From Spirochaetota bacterium (GTDB lineage: Bacteria > Spirochaetota > UBA6919 > CBDBPB01): a DNA stretch of 64,000 nucleotides. The translations under genes were made by a program, and so were the position numbers. The notes below the pieces were generated by a model that was not told the origin of the DNA, searched no databases, and saw nothing but the letters and a program-made list of their open reading frames with translations. The stretch spans positions 224,001 through 288,000 of the forward strand of contig CBDBPB010000001.1 of assembly GCA_965208615.1 (NCBI GenBank). Direction: 5' to 3'. Below are positions 32,355 to 43,955 of this stretch, piece after piece. How positions within the stretch are numbered: position 1 is the stretch's first letter; every line of letters starts with the position of its first letter.

Positions 32355-33230
32355 ATGGCTCACTTGAAATTAGGTATACCAAAAGGTAGCCTGCAAGATG
32401 CTACAATAGAACTGTTTAAAAAAGCTGGATACAAGATAAATATTTCTGATAGAAGTTACTATCCTCATATAGACGATGATGAGATTGAGTGTTTATTAAT
32501 TCGTGCACAGGAAATGGCACGTTATGTTGAAAAAGGTATTTTGGATGCAGCATTAACTGGATTAGATTGGATATTAGAATATGAAGCTAATGTTGAATTG
32601 GTTACAAAGCTTATTTACTCCAAACAGGGTATGGGACCTGTTAGATGGGTAGTAGCTGTTCCCAATAACTCTACTATTATGTCTGCTAAAGACTTACAAG
32701 GTAAAAGAATAGCTACTGAGGCTGTAGGACTTACAAAGCAATACCTTAATAAACACAATATAACTGCAGAAGTAGAGTTTTCATGGGGTGCCACAGAGGT
32801 TAAGCCTCCAAAGCTTGCTGATGCTATTGTAGAAGTTACAGAAACTGGCAGTTCTTTAAAGGCAAATAACCTCAGGATAGTTGATGAGGTTTTACAATCT
32901 ACCACACAGCTTATCGCAAATAAAAACTCATATAAAAAAGATATGTGGAAAAAGAATAAAATCGACCAGTTGGCAATGCTATTAAAGGCTGCATTAGCCG
33001 CTGAGAACAAGGTGGGGATATTATTAAACGTTGAACAGCCTAATATAAAAAAAGTTGAGGCTCTTTTACCATCTCTTAAAGCCCCTACTATATCCCGACT
33101 TGAGACTGAGGGCTGGTATGCCATTAATACTATTATATCAGAACCTCTGGTTAGGGATTTAATACCAAAGCTAAAACAGCTTGGTGCACAAGGAATTGTT
33201 GAGTTTCCACTAAACAAGATTGTTGAGTAA
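32355..33230 (+). CDS. hisG: ATP phosphoribosyltransferase (long form)
   Basis: [38 protein letters not shown]-terminal PTIS.L. Confidence 0.96.
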   Translation: MAHLKLGIPKGSLQDATIELFKKAGYKINISDRSYYPHIDDDEIECLLIRAQEMARYVEKGILDAALTGLDWILEYEANVELVTKLIYSKQGMGPVRWVVAVPNNSTIMSAKDLQGKRIATEAVGLTKQYLNKHNITAEVEFSWGATEVKPPKLADAIVEVTETGSSLKANNLRIVDEVLQSTTQLIANKNSYKKDMWKKNKIDQLAMLLKAALAAENKVGILLNVEQPNIKKVEALLPSLKAPTISRLETEGWYAINTIISEPLVRDLIPKLKQLGAQGIVEFPLNKIVE

Positions 33231-34416
33231 AACTATGTATCCAAAGGGATTTATTTTAAATGGTACATCTTGCGGTATAAAAAAGAACTCACTCCATGAT
33301 ATTGGTATAATTTATTCTAATACTCCATGTACTTATGCAGGAGTTTTTACTAAAAATACTATTCAAGCCGCTCCTGTAAAGCTTTGCAAGGAGAGACTTA
33401 CTAATACTATTCACGGACTGGTTGTTAACAGCGGATGTGCTAATTCTTTTACCGGTAAACGGGGATTAGATGATGCATACAGTATGACCAATATTATGGC
33501 TAATGAGCTTGATCATAATAGTGAGAACTTTTTATGCTTATCCACTGGGGTTATTGGTGAACATCTCCCTATGGACAATATCAAAAAAGGGATTGTCAAT
33601 CTGGCTAAGTCTGTGGGGGGTAGTATTAATGATCCTAATAGTTTTGCTCGATCTATTATGACTACTGACACTAGAGCGAAACAAAGGTCTATGAAGCTTA
33701 GTATTGGGGATAAGGTTATTAGCATTTATGGTGCTGTAAAGGGTTCTGGTATGATATTCCCCAATATGGCTACTATGCTTGCTTTTATTGTCACTGATAT
33801 TGCCATATCCGATAATATGCTAAATAGGGCTTTAGCTTATGTTGCTGATATTACTTTCAACTCTATATCCGTGGATGGAGATATGAGTACCAATGATAGT
33901 GTTATTCTGTTAGCCAATGGTGAAGCGAATAATAATATTATTGATGAAGATAATGAGGACTATTACTTATTCAGATCTATGTTAGAAAAGCTATCACTAT
34001 ATTTAGCTAAGGAGATTGTTAGGGATGGTGAGGGTGCAACTAAGTTTATAGAGATTGTTGTAAAGGGTGCCTTATCCCCTGATGATGCTTTTAAGTGTGC
34101 ATCTCATTTATCCAATTCTCTTTTGGTTAAAACTGCATTCTTTGGTGAAGATCCAAACTGGGGTAGATTTATTTATGCTATAGGGGCTTCTGGGTGTTCC
34201 TTAGTAGAAAAGAAGATCAACATCAAACTGGGGGATATTACCTTAGTCAAAAACGGAGAGAGAACTAACTTTACCGAAAAGCAGGCTTCTACGTATATGA
34301 AGAATCATGATCTTTATTTAGAGATAAATCTAAACATGGGTACTCACTCTAAAACTATGTATACTACTGATCTATCCTACGATTATATAAGGATTAACGC
34401 TGACTATAGGTCATAG
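33220..34416 (+). CDS. argJ: Glutamate N-acetyltransferase / amino-acid acetyltransferase ArgJ
   Basis: [58 protein letters not shown]. Confidence 0.97.
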   Translation: MLSKTMYPKGFILNGTSCGIKKNSLHDIGIIYSNTPCTYAGVFTKNTIQAAPVKLCKERLTNTIHGLVVNSGCANSFTGKRGLDDAYSMTNIMANELDHNSENFLCLSTGVIGEHLPMDNIKKGIVNLAKSVGGSINDPNSFARSIMTTDTRAKQRSMKLSIGDKVISIYGAVKGSGMIFPNMATMLAFIVTDIAISDNMLNRALAYVADITFNSISVDGDMSTNDSVILLANGEANNNIIDEDNEDYYLFRSMLEKLSLYLAKEIVRDGEGATKFIEIVVKGALSPDDAFKCASHLSNSLLVKTAFFGEDPNWGRFIYAIGASGCSLVEKKINIKLGDITLVKNGERTNFTEKQASTYMKNHDLYLEINLNMGTHSKTMYTTDLSYDYIRINADYRS

Positions 34417-34459
34417 TTTTTACGATTTAGTCGGACTTATTATTAATGGCTATTAAATT

Positions 34460-35563
34460 ATGAGACTAGTTATAACAGGTGGTGGTAGTGGAGGACATAC
34501 TATTCCCGCTATTACCATTTATGATGAGCTTGTTGAGCGTTTTAGTAAACAAAACAGGCATTTTAAATGTATTTATATTGGTAGTCATAGGGGTATTGAG
34601 CGATCTATTGCCAAGGATAAGTCAATTGACTATTTTCCTATTAGCACTGGAAAACTAAGGCGATATTTTTCACTTAGAAACTTCACTGATATATTTAGAA
34701 TATTTAAGGGTTTTATAGACTCTATAAGGGTTTTAAAGAGGTTTAATCCAAATATCGTTTTTAGTACTGGCGGATTCGTATCTGTACCTGTGGTTATCGC
34801 TGCTAGTATTCTTAAGGTACCTGTAGTTATTCATGAGCAGACTTCTAGTATAGGTTTAGCAAATAAGATATGCGGTTACTTTGCTAAAAAGATAGCTATT
34901 AGTTTTTTATCCTCAAGGGACTATTTTCCTATTCATAAAGTGGTACATACTGGTTATCCCATTAGAAAAGAATTATTCAATGGTTCTTCTGATAGGTGTT
35001 ATAAGGGATTTAACCTTGATAAGTCCTTACCTATTGTATATATTACAGGTGGTTCTAGTGGTTCTCATAAAATAAATATGGCTATTAAGGCTATCCTAGC
35101 CGATCTTTTAGGTAAATGTCATATAATTCATCAATGTGGTACTACAGATTTTGATATTCTTAAGGATTACGCTGTTCCTTCTGGACTTAGAGGCAGTTAT
35201 ATACCGAAGAGCTTCATAAAAGATGAGCTTAAGGATATATTAAATACCTGTACCTTATTAGTAGGACGTTCTGGCGCTGGTACTGTTAGTGAGGTAATAG
35301 CTTTAGGTATTCCGTCTATTTTCATACCCCTCGCAATCGCAACCAGAAATGAACAATATAAGAATGCAAAAATCCCAGAGTCAATAGGTGGAGCAGTTAT
35401 TATAAACGAAAATAGTTTAAATCCCAATAAGTTAAAAAGTACAATTTTTGATATTATTCTTAATCCACAAAGAATAAAGTCTATGACTACTGGTTTAAAG
35501 TCTTTATCAGAGGAATGTGCTACAAATAAGATCCTTAACCTACTTATTGATAACACAAAATAA
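34460..35563 (+). CDS. murG: MurG glycosyltransferase
   Basis: TGGGSGGH..P, GKLRRY, GGFVSVP, HEQ, G.PIR, GGSSG, RSGA.T, EQ.KNA. Confidence 0.95.
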   Translation: MRLVITGGGSGGHTIPAITIYDELVERFSKQNRHFKCIYIGSHRGIERSIAKDKSIDYFPISTGKLRRYFSLRNFTDIFRIFKGFIDSIRVLKRFNPNIVFSTGGFVSVPVVIAASILKVPVVIHEQTSSIGLANKICGYFAKKIAISFLSSRDYFPIHKVVHTGYPIRKELFNGSSDRCYKGFNLDKSLPIVYITGGSSGSHKINMAIKAILADLLGKCHIIHQCGTTDFDILKDYAVPSGLRGSYIPKSFIKDELKDILNTCTLLVGRSGAGTVSEVIALGIPSIFIPLAIATRNEQYKNAKIPESIGGAVIINENSLNPNKLKSTIFDIILNPQRIKSMTTGLKSLSEECATNKILNLLIDNTK

Positions 35564-35756
35564 TGAACTATTAAATAAAAGCTTATTTATATATTATTAA
35601 TAAGGGTTAGTAAAATTTACTTTTTTAACATTTTTTTTAAAAAAAGTTAAAAAAACAAAATACCTATAACAAAGCTGTAAAGTACGATTTTAAGGATATA
35701 TATTTAGTTAGGAATAAAAAAATATAGCAATTACTTGCTAAATATTGTAAAAAAAT

Positions 35757-35862
35757 TTGCCTTTTTATCATAATTTGGTATACTTAAAATTAAAGTAAAG
35801 TATTATAAAGGTTGTATTTTGCGTTCCCCTCCCAGTCTACCAAAATACAGCCTGCTTTTTTT
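35757..35862 (+). ncRNA. Candidate ~70-nt small RNA (promoter plus terminator with C-rich loop)
   Basis: TTGCCT-16 nt-TATACT with TGn extension (35757-35784); 13-bp stem 35809-35853 with loop CGTTCCCCTCCCAGTCTAC followed by T7; no ORF in between. Confidence 0.45.
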
Positions 35863-35868
35863 ATTTAA

Positions 35869-36240
35869 TTAAATGTCATACTCGTCTTGATAGAGCTGTA
35901 GGGCTTGTTCTATATGGGATAAGATAAGTTTATGAATATCTTCTGATAAAATATTAATATTTCTATCATCTTCTAAGGTTTTAACGTATTCACCTGCAAG
36001 ACTAAAGACTCTTTTTGTTTTTTTAACGTCATCCACTATTTCTTTAATGCTTGATCCTTCTTTATACATTGCGGATAAATGATTAAGTAAGCCTATTACA
36101 CTTAGATTTGATTCAATAGCCTTTAAATCTTCCAGAATATTACTAATTTTCAGTTTTTTATTTGGATAGTTTTTTTCTATATAGCTTTCGAGTTCGCTAA
36201 TTTTCATTAAAAGAAGATTATTAGCTTGTATATTATGCAT
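35869..36240 (-). CDS. Hypothetical helical protein
   Basis: ORF track 35869-36261; ATG 36240 follows GGAGG. Confidence 0.65.
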   Translation of the reverse strand: MHNIQANNLLLMKISELESYIEKNYPNKKLKISNILEDLKAIESNLSVIGLLNHLSAMYKEGSSIKEIVDDVKKTKRVFSLAGEYVKTLEDDRNINILSEDIHKLILSHIEQALQLYQDEYDI

Positions 36241-36375
36241 ATTTCCTCCGTGAAATATCAATACAACATCTATAAAATCCTTTATGAGATTGACTATTTA
36301 ATATATTTTTCGACTAAATAAGTCATAAATTGACTTTTCAGCTAAAAATAATTTTTTTATTAAAATTGTTTTTTT

Positions 36376-37008
36376 TTATAGAACTGTTACTTTATTGTCG
36401 GCTATACTAACTCTATTTTCTACGATAGCCTGTATAATAGTAGGATAAAGTTTTTTTTCAACTGCAGAAACTCTTTTTTGAAGTATCTCTATAGTATCGC
36501 CGTCCAAGACTGGAACGCATTGTTGTGCAATAATAGGGCCATTATCATATTCTTTATCCACAAAGTGTATGGTACAGCCAGTTATTTTTACTCCAGACTT
36601 TAGCACGGCTCTATGAACTCTATCTCCATAATATCCCTTACCAGAAAAGGATGGTATTAAGGCAGGATGAATATTTATAACTTTATTAATATATCTATCA
36701 TCAGGAAAGTAAGGAGACATAAACCCTCCAAATACTATTAGATCAACCGGATAGTTAAATAATTTTTTGCTAATTTCTTTACTATAGTGTTCTATATCAT
36801 TTTTATACTGTTTAAAGGGAACTACTTCATAAGGAATATTCCAATTTTCTGCTCGCTTAATACCGTAGGCATTCTCACGGCTACTAACTACCACTGATAC
36901 TGTAGCTTTTACTTTATGGCTAGCGATATATTCAAGAAGGTTTTCAAGGGTAGTACCACTACCGGACAAAAAAAAGGCTATTTTAAATGGATTATTTATT
37001 TGTTTCAT
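36376..37008 (-). CDS. purN: Phosphoribosylglycinamide formyltransferase
   Basis: SGSGT.L, INIHPALIPSF.G, G.KITGCTIHFVD.EYD.GPIIAQ. Confidence 0.96.
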   Translation of the reverse strand: MKQINNPFKIAFFLSGSGTTLENLLEYIASHKVKATVSVVVSSRENAYGIKRAENWNIPYEVVPFKQYKNDIEHYSKEISKKLFNYPVDLIVFGGFMSPYFPDDRYINKVINIHPALIPSFSGKGYYGDRVHRAVLKSGVKITGCTIHFVDKEYDNGPIIAQQCVPVLDGDTIEILQKRVSAVEKKLYPTIIQAIVENRVSIADNKVTVL

Positions 37009-37150
37009 AATTGATAGGGAACTTGGATTAGTTTATTTTATAAGACTATAAAATAACATATTTATTATTTATTGACAATTAATTTGATTTTAAAAAAAGT
37101 TTTCTTAATGTTATTATTAGGGACTATAGGGTTACGGTTATTTATTAATT

Positions 37151-37630
37151 ATGAGTAAGATATATAATGAGTTAGAAAATATTATATCGAACCTGCTAAG
37201 ATGGCGTAGAGAGTTTAGGGATAAAAAACTTAATATTTTAAAGTCTTTTTTAAAGGGTGGCGACGAAAAAGAAGTTGTTAATTATTTTATTTATAACAAG
37301 TTAAAAGATAGATTTCCTAATTTTTGTCCTTTATACCTTAAAAACCGCCTTTGTCATTCGGTTAAAGGGGATAAGCTAAACTGTTATGGATGTGATTGTC
37401 CTTATTTTGATCTATCCGCCTCTCCACATATAGACAATAACAAGGCTATTATAGGACATTGTCTAGCAAAGTCGAAAAAGAAGGAATATACAATATCAGG
37501 TTTTATAGACTATAAAGGAAAGACTATAGAATATCATATTTTGGATTGTAGTAAATGCATTATCCCCCATACCATGAGCTCTTGTAAGAAGTTTATAAAT
37601 AAAGACATAGGCAATCTAACGCCAGAGTAA
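37151..37630 (+). CDS. Cys-rich putative Zn-binding protein (zf-like small domain)
   Basis: FCPLY....CH...LNCY.C.CPYF ... C ... DCSKC.IPH. Confidence 0.65.
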   Translation: MSKIYNELENIISNLLRWRREFRDKKLNILKSFLKGGDEKEVVNYFIYNKLKDRFPNFCPLYLKNRLCHSVKGDKLNCYGCDCPYFDLSASPHIDNNKAIIGHCLAKSKKKEYTISGFIDYKGKTIEYHILDCSKCIIPHTMSSCKKFINKDIGNLTPE

Positions 37631-37740
37631 TAAGTAGAATATTATTAAAGATTTTAGTAAGTTATTATAAAGGGGCTTTAGGGGTTTACTTTTTATGTTT
37701 GTTATTTATTCATAAAGGATTACGTATACTTTCTGGAGTT

Positions 37741-37863
37741 TTACATATAAAGCCAATATATTATATTGCAATAATCCGCTCTATGCCTTTATGGAACAGT
37801 AAATTCTTTAACACTTAATAAATGTCTATAGTTCTTAGTCTCAATAAGGGATTCTTAATAGCT
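37741..37863. repeat. Dispersed repeat family A, partial copy
   Basis: Contains TAGTCTCAATAAGGGATTCTTAATAGCT, shared with ~47181-47208 and (inverted) ~57549-57576. Confidence 0.8.
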
Positions 37864-37879
37864 GTGTTATTAATTATTC

Positions 37880-38007
37880 TAGCTTTTAGATGAAAAATTA
37901 TTATAACATAATTCCTAAATAAATCTTATCTGTATTTTTTTAAGTTTAAAAAAGATAAATTACCTTAGAATACTTTTCATCTACACTAATAGAACAATTA
38001 GTAACAA
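37880..38007. repeat. Dispersed repeat family B, long copy
   Basis: 128 bp nearly identical to 47837-47964, ending CACTAATAGAACAATTAGTAAC. Confidence 0.9.
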
Positions 38008-38095
38008 TACATTAGAATAAACTTTATACCCTGATTATTAAAAACTTAAAAGTTCTAAGCCCCCTTAGAACGCTTTTATAATACCATTTTAGAAA

Positions 38096-38163
38096 GTTTT
38101 AAAAAGATAAATTACCTTAGAATACCTTTCATCTACACTAATAGAACAATTAGTAACATAACT
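38096..38163. repeat. Dispersed repeat family B, short copy
   Basis: AAAAAGATAAATTACCTTAGAATAC.TTTCATCTACACTAATAGAACAATTAGTAAC. Confidence 0.88.
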
Positions 38164-38240
38164 ATATCTACTGGTGTTTAAAAATTATAGAAATAATAAA
38201 AGTTATTCTATATAACTTTTCCCTGACAATTGGAGGTTAC

Positions 38241-39863
38241 ATGCGCAAGTTAAAAATTACTACTCAGTTATATCTTGGCTTTGGAATAACCCTGTTATTC
38301 TTGTTATCAATAGTCATTACCACATACTTATCCCTTGAAGAAAACTCTTCTTCATTAGAAGAACTTCTTGAACATGATAGAGCTGAGACCTTTTTAATTA
38401 AAAAAGAAGTTGCCTTATTAGAGGAATTACTTGATATCTCTGAAAATATTATTAGTAAAAAAAGATTGACTAAATTAAACTATAAAACAAATGCCTTTGG
38501 TAAGTGGTATTACGATAAAGAAAAACGGAAAAGCCTCCTTAGCGTTTTAAACGAAAAAGATAAAAAACTCTTTTTTAATATTGAAAGACCTTATAAAAAA
38601 CTTTATTCTATACTAAGCAAAATAAATAGTAAAATTATTGAAAGACGTAGAACTGACATAACTAATACTAACAAACTTAAAAGCCTAGATAAACAAATCT
38701 CTATGCTCTATTCAGGCGGCTTCTTAAAAAACCTTCATAAAATTGATAACACATTGGAAAAATTAGAGAAGATAATAGAAGTAGAGGCCAATGAAATTGA
38801 ACATTCAGCTATAGAATTTAATGACCTTGTAGAACTCGTTGTGCCAATCATAGGTCTTATTGTATTAATTACTAGTATAATTATTGCTTTCTTTATTACA
38901 AGGAGTCTTGTAGCTCAGCTTGGTACTGAACCATACGTTCTTTTGAATATTGCTACAAGAGTATCCAAAGGTGATCTAACATCCTTTTCTATAAAAGATC
39001 AAAACGCAAAAGATGATAAAGGGGTATTCGCTTCTATCAATAAAATGTCAGATAACCTTAAAAAAATTGTAGGCGATATTGCTGAAGTATCTGCTAACCT
39101 AGCCGCCAGTAGTGAAGAAATAAATGCTTCCGCAAACAACTTATCAGAAAATGCTCAAAACCAAGCCGCCAACGTAGAAGAAACTTCTGCTTCAACTGAA
39201 GAATTAACATCATCCATTAAACAGGTCTCCAGCCATACCAACTCTATGCAGGAAAAAAGTGAAAAAACTTTAGAAGAAGCTAAAGGCTATAAAGAAAATA
39301 TGAAACATGTTTCTGAAGAAATGGTCAACATTAGTGCAAGCACAGAAAAAATTGGCAACATAATAAAAGTCATTAATGATATTGCTGATCAAACTAACCT
39401 CTTGTCGTTAAATGCCGCAATAGAAGCCGCAAGAGCCGGAGAACATGGTAGAGGTTTTGCTGTAGTAGCTGATGCTATATCCACCCTTGCTAGTCGTAGC
39501 TCTGAATCCACTAAAGAAATTGAAAACCTTATCGAGGAAAGCGTTGAAAGAATTAATAATGGTGTAGGTTCCGTAAAAAAGTCTACTGAGGCTTTCGATG
39601 ATATAATAAAAACAATTGAAGAAAGTAATACTATGTCCATTGACATAGCTCAGGCAATGGAAGACCAAAAAAAAGGAAGTGAACAAATACAAAAAGCCAC
39701 TGAAGATGTTAATACCATTACTCAAAGCGTTAGTGCCAGCTCCGAAGAAATGGCAGGCAGTACATCAGAACTACATGGCTTGGCAGAAAAACTTAATGAA
39801 ATAGTTGCCTTTTTCACAATCGATAACAACGATAGTGCTAAAGCTCTCACTTTCCATAAGTAA
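38241..39863 (+). CDS. Methyl-accepting chemotaxis protein with a degenerate CZB-like sensor
   Basis: TM1, AFGKWYY sensor segment, TM2, [35 protein letters not shown]; GGAGG RBS. Confidence 0.95.
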   Translation: MRKLKITTQLYLGFGITLLFLLSIVITTYLSLEENSSSLEELLEHDRAETFLIKKEVALLEELLDISENIISKKRLTKLNYKTNAFGKWYYDKEKRKSLLSVLNEKDKKLFFNIERPYKKLYSILSKINSKIIERRRTDITNTNKLKSLDKQISMLYSGGFLKNLHKIDNTLEKLEKIIEVEANEIEHSAIEFNDLVELVVPIIGLIVLITSIIIAFFITRSLVAQLGTEPYVLLNIATRVSKGDLTSFSIKDQNAKDDKGVFASINKMSDNLKKIVGDIAEVSANLAASSEEINASANNLSENAQNQAANVEETSASTEELTSSIKQVSSHTNSMQEKSEKTLEEAKGYKENMKHVSEEMVNISASTEKIGNIIKVINDIADQTNLLSLNAAIEAARAGEHGRGFAVVADAISTLASRSSESTKEIENLIEESVERINNGVGSVKKSTEAFDDIIKTIEESNTMSIDIAQAMEDQKKGSEQIQKATEDVNTITQSVSASSEEMAGSTSELHGLAEKLNEIVAFFTIDNNDSAKALTFHK

Positions 39864-40214
39864 ACTGCTATAAGATAATTTACTAAAAAGGTGTGGTAAA
39901 AGCTTAATACATTAAAAAATAGCTAAAAAAACATATAACTTAGTGGATTCGCTTTATCTAGTTTCTATATGTAAAATTATATAAACTTGAATATAGTGTT
40001 TTAATAGAAAATCTTTTTCTTTAAGGTCAATAGCAAAAATGACGATAGAACAATAAATATATGTTATATTTAGAAAGTAAAACTATTGGTATTTAATTAT
40101 ATTGTATATAAAAAGTAATTTTGTTAAAAAAATTATTTTTCCTTGACCTTATGTATTTAACAATATTATGTTTAATTAATTGATTCTAATAAAATTGTAC
40201 TAAAGGTATTTATA

Positions 40215-40733
40215 ATGAGTGAAGAATCATTATCTAGTAAAGAACTAGAGTCTTTATTAGAGGGAGCTGAAATAGTATCTGACGATACTGGTAAGTATAA
40301 AAAATCTGATAGAGAAAAAAACTATGAACTCCCCACAGAAGAAAATAGTAACTTACTAGATCAAGAAACTAGTATAAATAAATTGTCCGCTTCTGAAGAA
40401 AAAGAAAGTAAATCTAATACAAAGGATAATTCTGATAAGGTGATTGTTGGACAATTTTCATCACAGCAAAAACATAACGTTGAACTCCTACTAGATATCT
40501 ATGTTAAAATTACTGTTGAACTAGGTAGAACTAATATTAAGGTAAAAGATGTCCTTGGACTGGGTGAAGGCTCCATTATCGAACTTAATAAGCCTGCTAA
40601 TGAGCCTGTTGATTTGCTTGTTAATAATAGACTAGTAGCCAGAGGAGAGGTTGTTGTTATTGATGAAAACTTTGGAACAAGAGTTAGTAATATTGCATCC
40701 CCTAATGATTGGCTTATCTTAGAAGATACATAA
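40215..40733 (+). CDS. fliN: Flagellar motor switch protein FliN
   Basis: [49 protein letters not shown]. Confidence 0.93.
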   Translation: MSEESLSSKELESLLEGAEIVSDDTGKYKKSDREKNYELPTEENSNLLDQETSINKLSASEEKESKSNTKDNSDKVIVGQFSSQQKHNVELLLDIYVKITVELGRTNIKVKDVLGLGEGSIIELNKPANEPVDLLVNNRLVARGEVVVIDENFGTRVSNIASPNDWLILEDT

Positions 40734-40764
40734 AATAATCTAAATATATACTATTAACAATATC

Positions 40765-41691
40765 TTAATATTGAGGCCTAAAAGCCACTGTAGTAAAACG
40801 AGAACTACTACTTTCCTTAAGATTAGAATTAAATGTCGTTGTACCTCCACTTGTCCTTTTAAAGATAAAAGGCAACTTACTTCCCTTACTTTTTGTAGCA
40901 ACCCATTTACCATTACCATAGGCAATATCACTAAAACTATCATCAGAATTATTATTATAAATGAGATCATTAGTATGCCTAAGACTTTGTTCAAAAAACG
41001 ATACAGTATTATTTTGGTTTGCAGAAATCCAAATATTTTCATTAACATTGCTCTTCTTGCCATAAGCTATACTAATAGCATTAGCATTTTTAACTTTTTT
41101 CCATTGATCTCCCTGACTAATTTTATATATAGCACTACCAACTACCAAAACCCATAACTTATTACCATAACTAACGCCAGTACCATTACTAATAGTAGTA
41201 TTACTAAGCAAGCTGTTAGAACTATCCCAACTATTAGGATTAGAAAAGCCGTATTTATGTATTCTATTACTAGCTAAAGCAATCCACTTACCCTTGCCAT
41301 CAGTGGCCAGATCAGCAAAACTAGTACCATTTATTTTAAAATTATTTGTCCAATCAGTACCATCGTCATTTGAACTAAAAAGCTGTCCATTACTTGTCAG
41401 TGCAAGCCAATGACAGCCTTTATTTGTTGCACTTACTTTGCCGTATGCAAGACCAACAAAACTACCACCTGTAGTATTAGGTATATTTACTTCATCCCAA
41501 TTTTCAGCATCAATTGACTTATAAGCCTTATCAGCCGATAGCATAAGCCATAAATTATCACTCTTACAGTTATAATTGCCATTACCATTACCATTACCAT
41601 TACCTAAAAAGCCACTCCCAAGACTAATACCTTGAGAACCACAACTAATAAAGAGTAACAGTACTAAAAAATAAAACATCTCTTTTTTCAT
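40765..41691 (-). CDS. YGNG-repeat (beta-propeller-like) lipoprotein, array member 1
   Basis: Signal MKKEMF.FLVLLLFISC; repeated (D/G)IAYGNG.W.A blades; ends FTTVAFRPQY. Confidence 0.9.
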   Translation of the reverse strand: MKKEMFYFLVLLLFISCGSQGISLGSGFLGNGNGNGNGNYNCKSDNLWLMLSADKAYKSIDAENWDEVNIPNTTGGSFVGLAYGKVSATNKGCHWLALTSNGQLFSSNDDGTDWTNNFKINGTSFADLATDGKGKWIALASNRIHKYGFSNPNSWDSSNSLLSNTTISNGTGVSYGNKLWVLVVGSAIYKISQGDQWKKVKNANAISIAYGKKSNVNENIWISANQNNTVSFFEQSLRHTNDLIYNNNSDDSFSDIAYGNGKWVATKSKGSKLPFIFKRTSGGTTTFNSNLKESSSSRFTTVAFRPQY

Positions 41692-41718
41692 GACTAACCT
41701 TAAAATTAATGTAAAATA

Positions 41719-41747
41719 AGTATAATAAATTGATAAGATTAAGTCAA
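41719..41747 (-). promoter_or_regulatory. sigma70 promoter repeated upstream of each array member
   Basis: TTGACT-17 nt-TATACT here; TTGACT-17-TATATT at 42765-42793, 43863-43891 and 45952-45980; TATATG variant at 44921-44949; TTGATT-17-TATATT at 46945-46973. Confidence 0.7.
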
Positions 41748-41810
41748 GTTAATCTGTTATAATAGGTAGCGCCTATATAGCTTTATAGTTGAAATTAACT
41801 AATTAAAAAA

Positions 41811-42737
41811 TTAAGGCCTAAATCCCACTGTAGTAAATCTAGGAGTAGGAGTAGGAGTAGGAGTAGGAGTTGTTGGAATACCAGTAGGCTCTATAGCAGT
41901 ATATTCTACAATATCAGTATTAGTATTAGGATTAGTAACAAGAGTAGTACTAAAGGTAAAAGGCAGGGCGCTTGCACTTCTTACGGCAACCCATACACCA
42001 TTACCATAAGCTATATCAATAAAACCAGTATTATTATTAGTATCATTACTATTAATAAAAACATCAAGACCCTTTTCAAGAAACCAAAGAAAACCCTCGC
42101 TTGTCACAGCAGTCCATATATTTTTACCATAAGCTATGTTATTAGTGTGCGTTCCAACTGATATAGGACCTTCCCAGGTATTTCCATCATTACTTTTATA
42201 TATATCACCATTATTAAAAACCAAACCCCATAAACCATTACCATAACTAATACCACTAGCTTGAGTATTATTACCAGGTAACTGACTATTAGTCCAATTA
42301 TTAGGATTAGAAAAGCCGTATTTATGTATTCTATTACTAGCTAAAGCAATCCACTTACCATTGCCATCAGTGGCCAGGTCTTCAAAACTAGCATTAATTA
42401 CATTACCATTACTTACCCAGTTAGCGCCATCGTCAGTTGAACTAAAAAAATGCCCATTCCTTGTCAGTGCAAGCCAATGATAATTATTACTTTTTGTATT
42501 TTCTTTGCCGTATGCAAGGCCAACAAATCTACCACCTGTAGTACTAGTTATATTAGATGGTTTTACTTCAGACCAGCTTTCACCATTAGTTGACTTATAA
42601 GCCTTATCAGCCGATAGCATAAGCCATAAACCACCACTCTTACCATTGCCTAAAAAGCCGTTTCCAAGACTAATACCTTGAGAACCACAACTAATAAAGA
42701 GCAACAGTACTAAAAAACAAAACATCTCTTTTTTCAT
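41811..42737 (-). CDS. YGNG-repeat lipoprotein, array member 2
   Basis: Same signal peptide and blades; PT repeat before RFTTVGFRP. Confidence 0.9.
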   Translation of the reverse strand: MKKEMFCFLVLLLFISCGSQGISLGNGFLGNGKSGGLWLMLSADKAYKSTNGESWSEVKPSNITSTTGGRFVGLAYGKENTKSNNYHWLALTRNGHFFSSTDDGANWVSNGNVINASFEDLATDGNGKWIALASNRIHKYGFSNPNNWTNSQLPGNNTQASGISYGNGLWGLVFNNGDIYKSNDGNTWEGPISVGTHTNNIAYGKNIWTAVTSEGFLWFLEKGLDVFINSNDTNNNTGFIDIAYGNGVWVAVRSASALPFTFSTTLVTNPNTNTDIVEYTAIEPTGIPTTPTPTPTPTPRFTTVGFRP

Positions 42738-42857
42738 GACTAACCTTAAAATTAATGTAAAATAAATATAATAAATTTATAAGATTAAGTCAAGTTAATT
42801 TGTTACAATAGGTTAGCGCCTATATAGCTTTATAGTTGAAATTAACTAATTAAAAAA

Positions 42858-43835
42858 TTAAGGCCTAAAAGCCACTGTAGTAAATCTAGGAGTAGGAGTA
42901 GGAGTTGTTGGAATGCCAGTAGGGGTTTTAGGTTCATATGTTACAGTATTAGGATTAGTAACAAGAGTAGTACTAAAGATAATAGGCGGAGCGCTTGCAC
43001 TTCTTACGGCAACCCATTTACCATTACCATAAGCTATATCAATAAAAATAACAGTACGATTAGTACGATTATTATTAATAAAAGCCTCATTCAGCTTAAG
43101 ACCCTTTTTAAAAAACCAAAGCATACCCCCGCTTGTCACAACAGTCCATATATTTTTACCATAAACTATGCTATTAACGTCTCCAAGTCCTCCTCCAACA
43201 GATCCCCAGCTATTATTATTATTTTTAGGTTCCCAAGCTGTACCATTAACAATATTACTTTTATCTATATGACCATCAGTATTATTCTGACTAGTAAGCA
43301 AAGCCCATAAACCATTACCATAAGCAATACCCTTACCTTGAGTACCACCAGTAGGGAACTCACTATCAGTCCACTTATTAGGATTAGAAAAGCCGTATTT
43401 ATGTATTCTATTACTAGCTAAAGCAATCCAATTACCCTTGCCATCAGTGGCCAGATCTTCAAAACTACCTGTAACTACTGTACCATCACTATAAGTTACT
43501 CGACCCTTTCTTTTCCAAGTAGCACCATCGTCAGTTGAGCTAAAAAGATGACCATCATTCCTTGTCAGTGCAAGCCAATGATAATTATTACTTTTTGTAT
43601 TTTCTTTGCCGTATGCAAGGCCAACAAAATTACCAGTTGTATTAGATATATTAGATGGTTTTACTTCATACCAATTTTCAGCATTAGTTGACTTATAAGC
43701 CTTATCAGCCGATAGCATAAGCCATAAACCACCACTCTTACCATTGCCTAAAAAGCCGTTTCCAAGACTAATACCTTGAGAACCACAACTAATAAAGAGC
43801 AACAGTACTAAAAAACAAAACATCTCTTTTTTCAT
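42858..43835 (-). CDS. YGNG-repeat lipoprotein, array member 3
   Basis: Same signal peptide, blades and FTTVAFRP end. Confidence 0.9.
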   Translation of the reverse strand: MKKEMFCFLVLLLFISCGSQGISLGNGFLGNGKSGGLWLMLSADKAYKSTNAENWYEVKPSNISNTTGNFVGLAYGKENTKSNNYHWLALTRNDGHLFSSTDDGATWKRKGRVTYSDGTVVTGSFEDLATDGKGNWIALASNRIHKYGFSNPNKWTDSEFPTGGTQGKGIAYGNGLWALLTSQNNTDGHIDKSNIVNGTAWEPKNNNNSWGSVGGGLGDVNSIVYGKNIWTVVTSGGMLWFFKKGLKLNEAFINNNRTNRTVIFIDIAYGNGKWVAVRSASAPPIIFSTTLVTNPNTVTYEPKTPTGIPTTPTPTPRFTTVAFRP

Positions 43836-43955
43836 GACTAACCTTAAAATTAATGTAAAATAAATATAATAAATTTATAAGATTAAGTCAAGTTAATTTG
43901 TTACAATAGGTTAGCGCCTATATAGTTTTATAGTTGAAATTAACTAATTAAAAAA

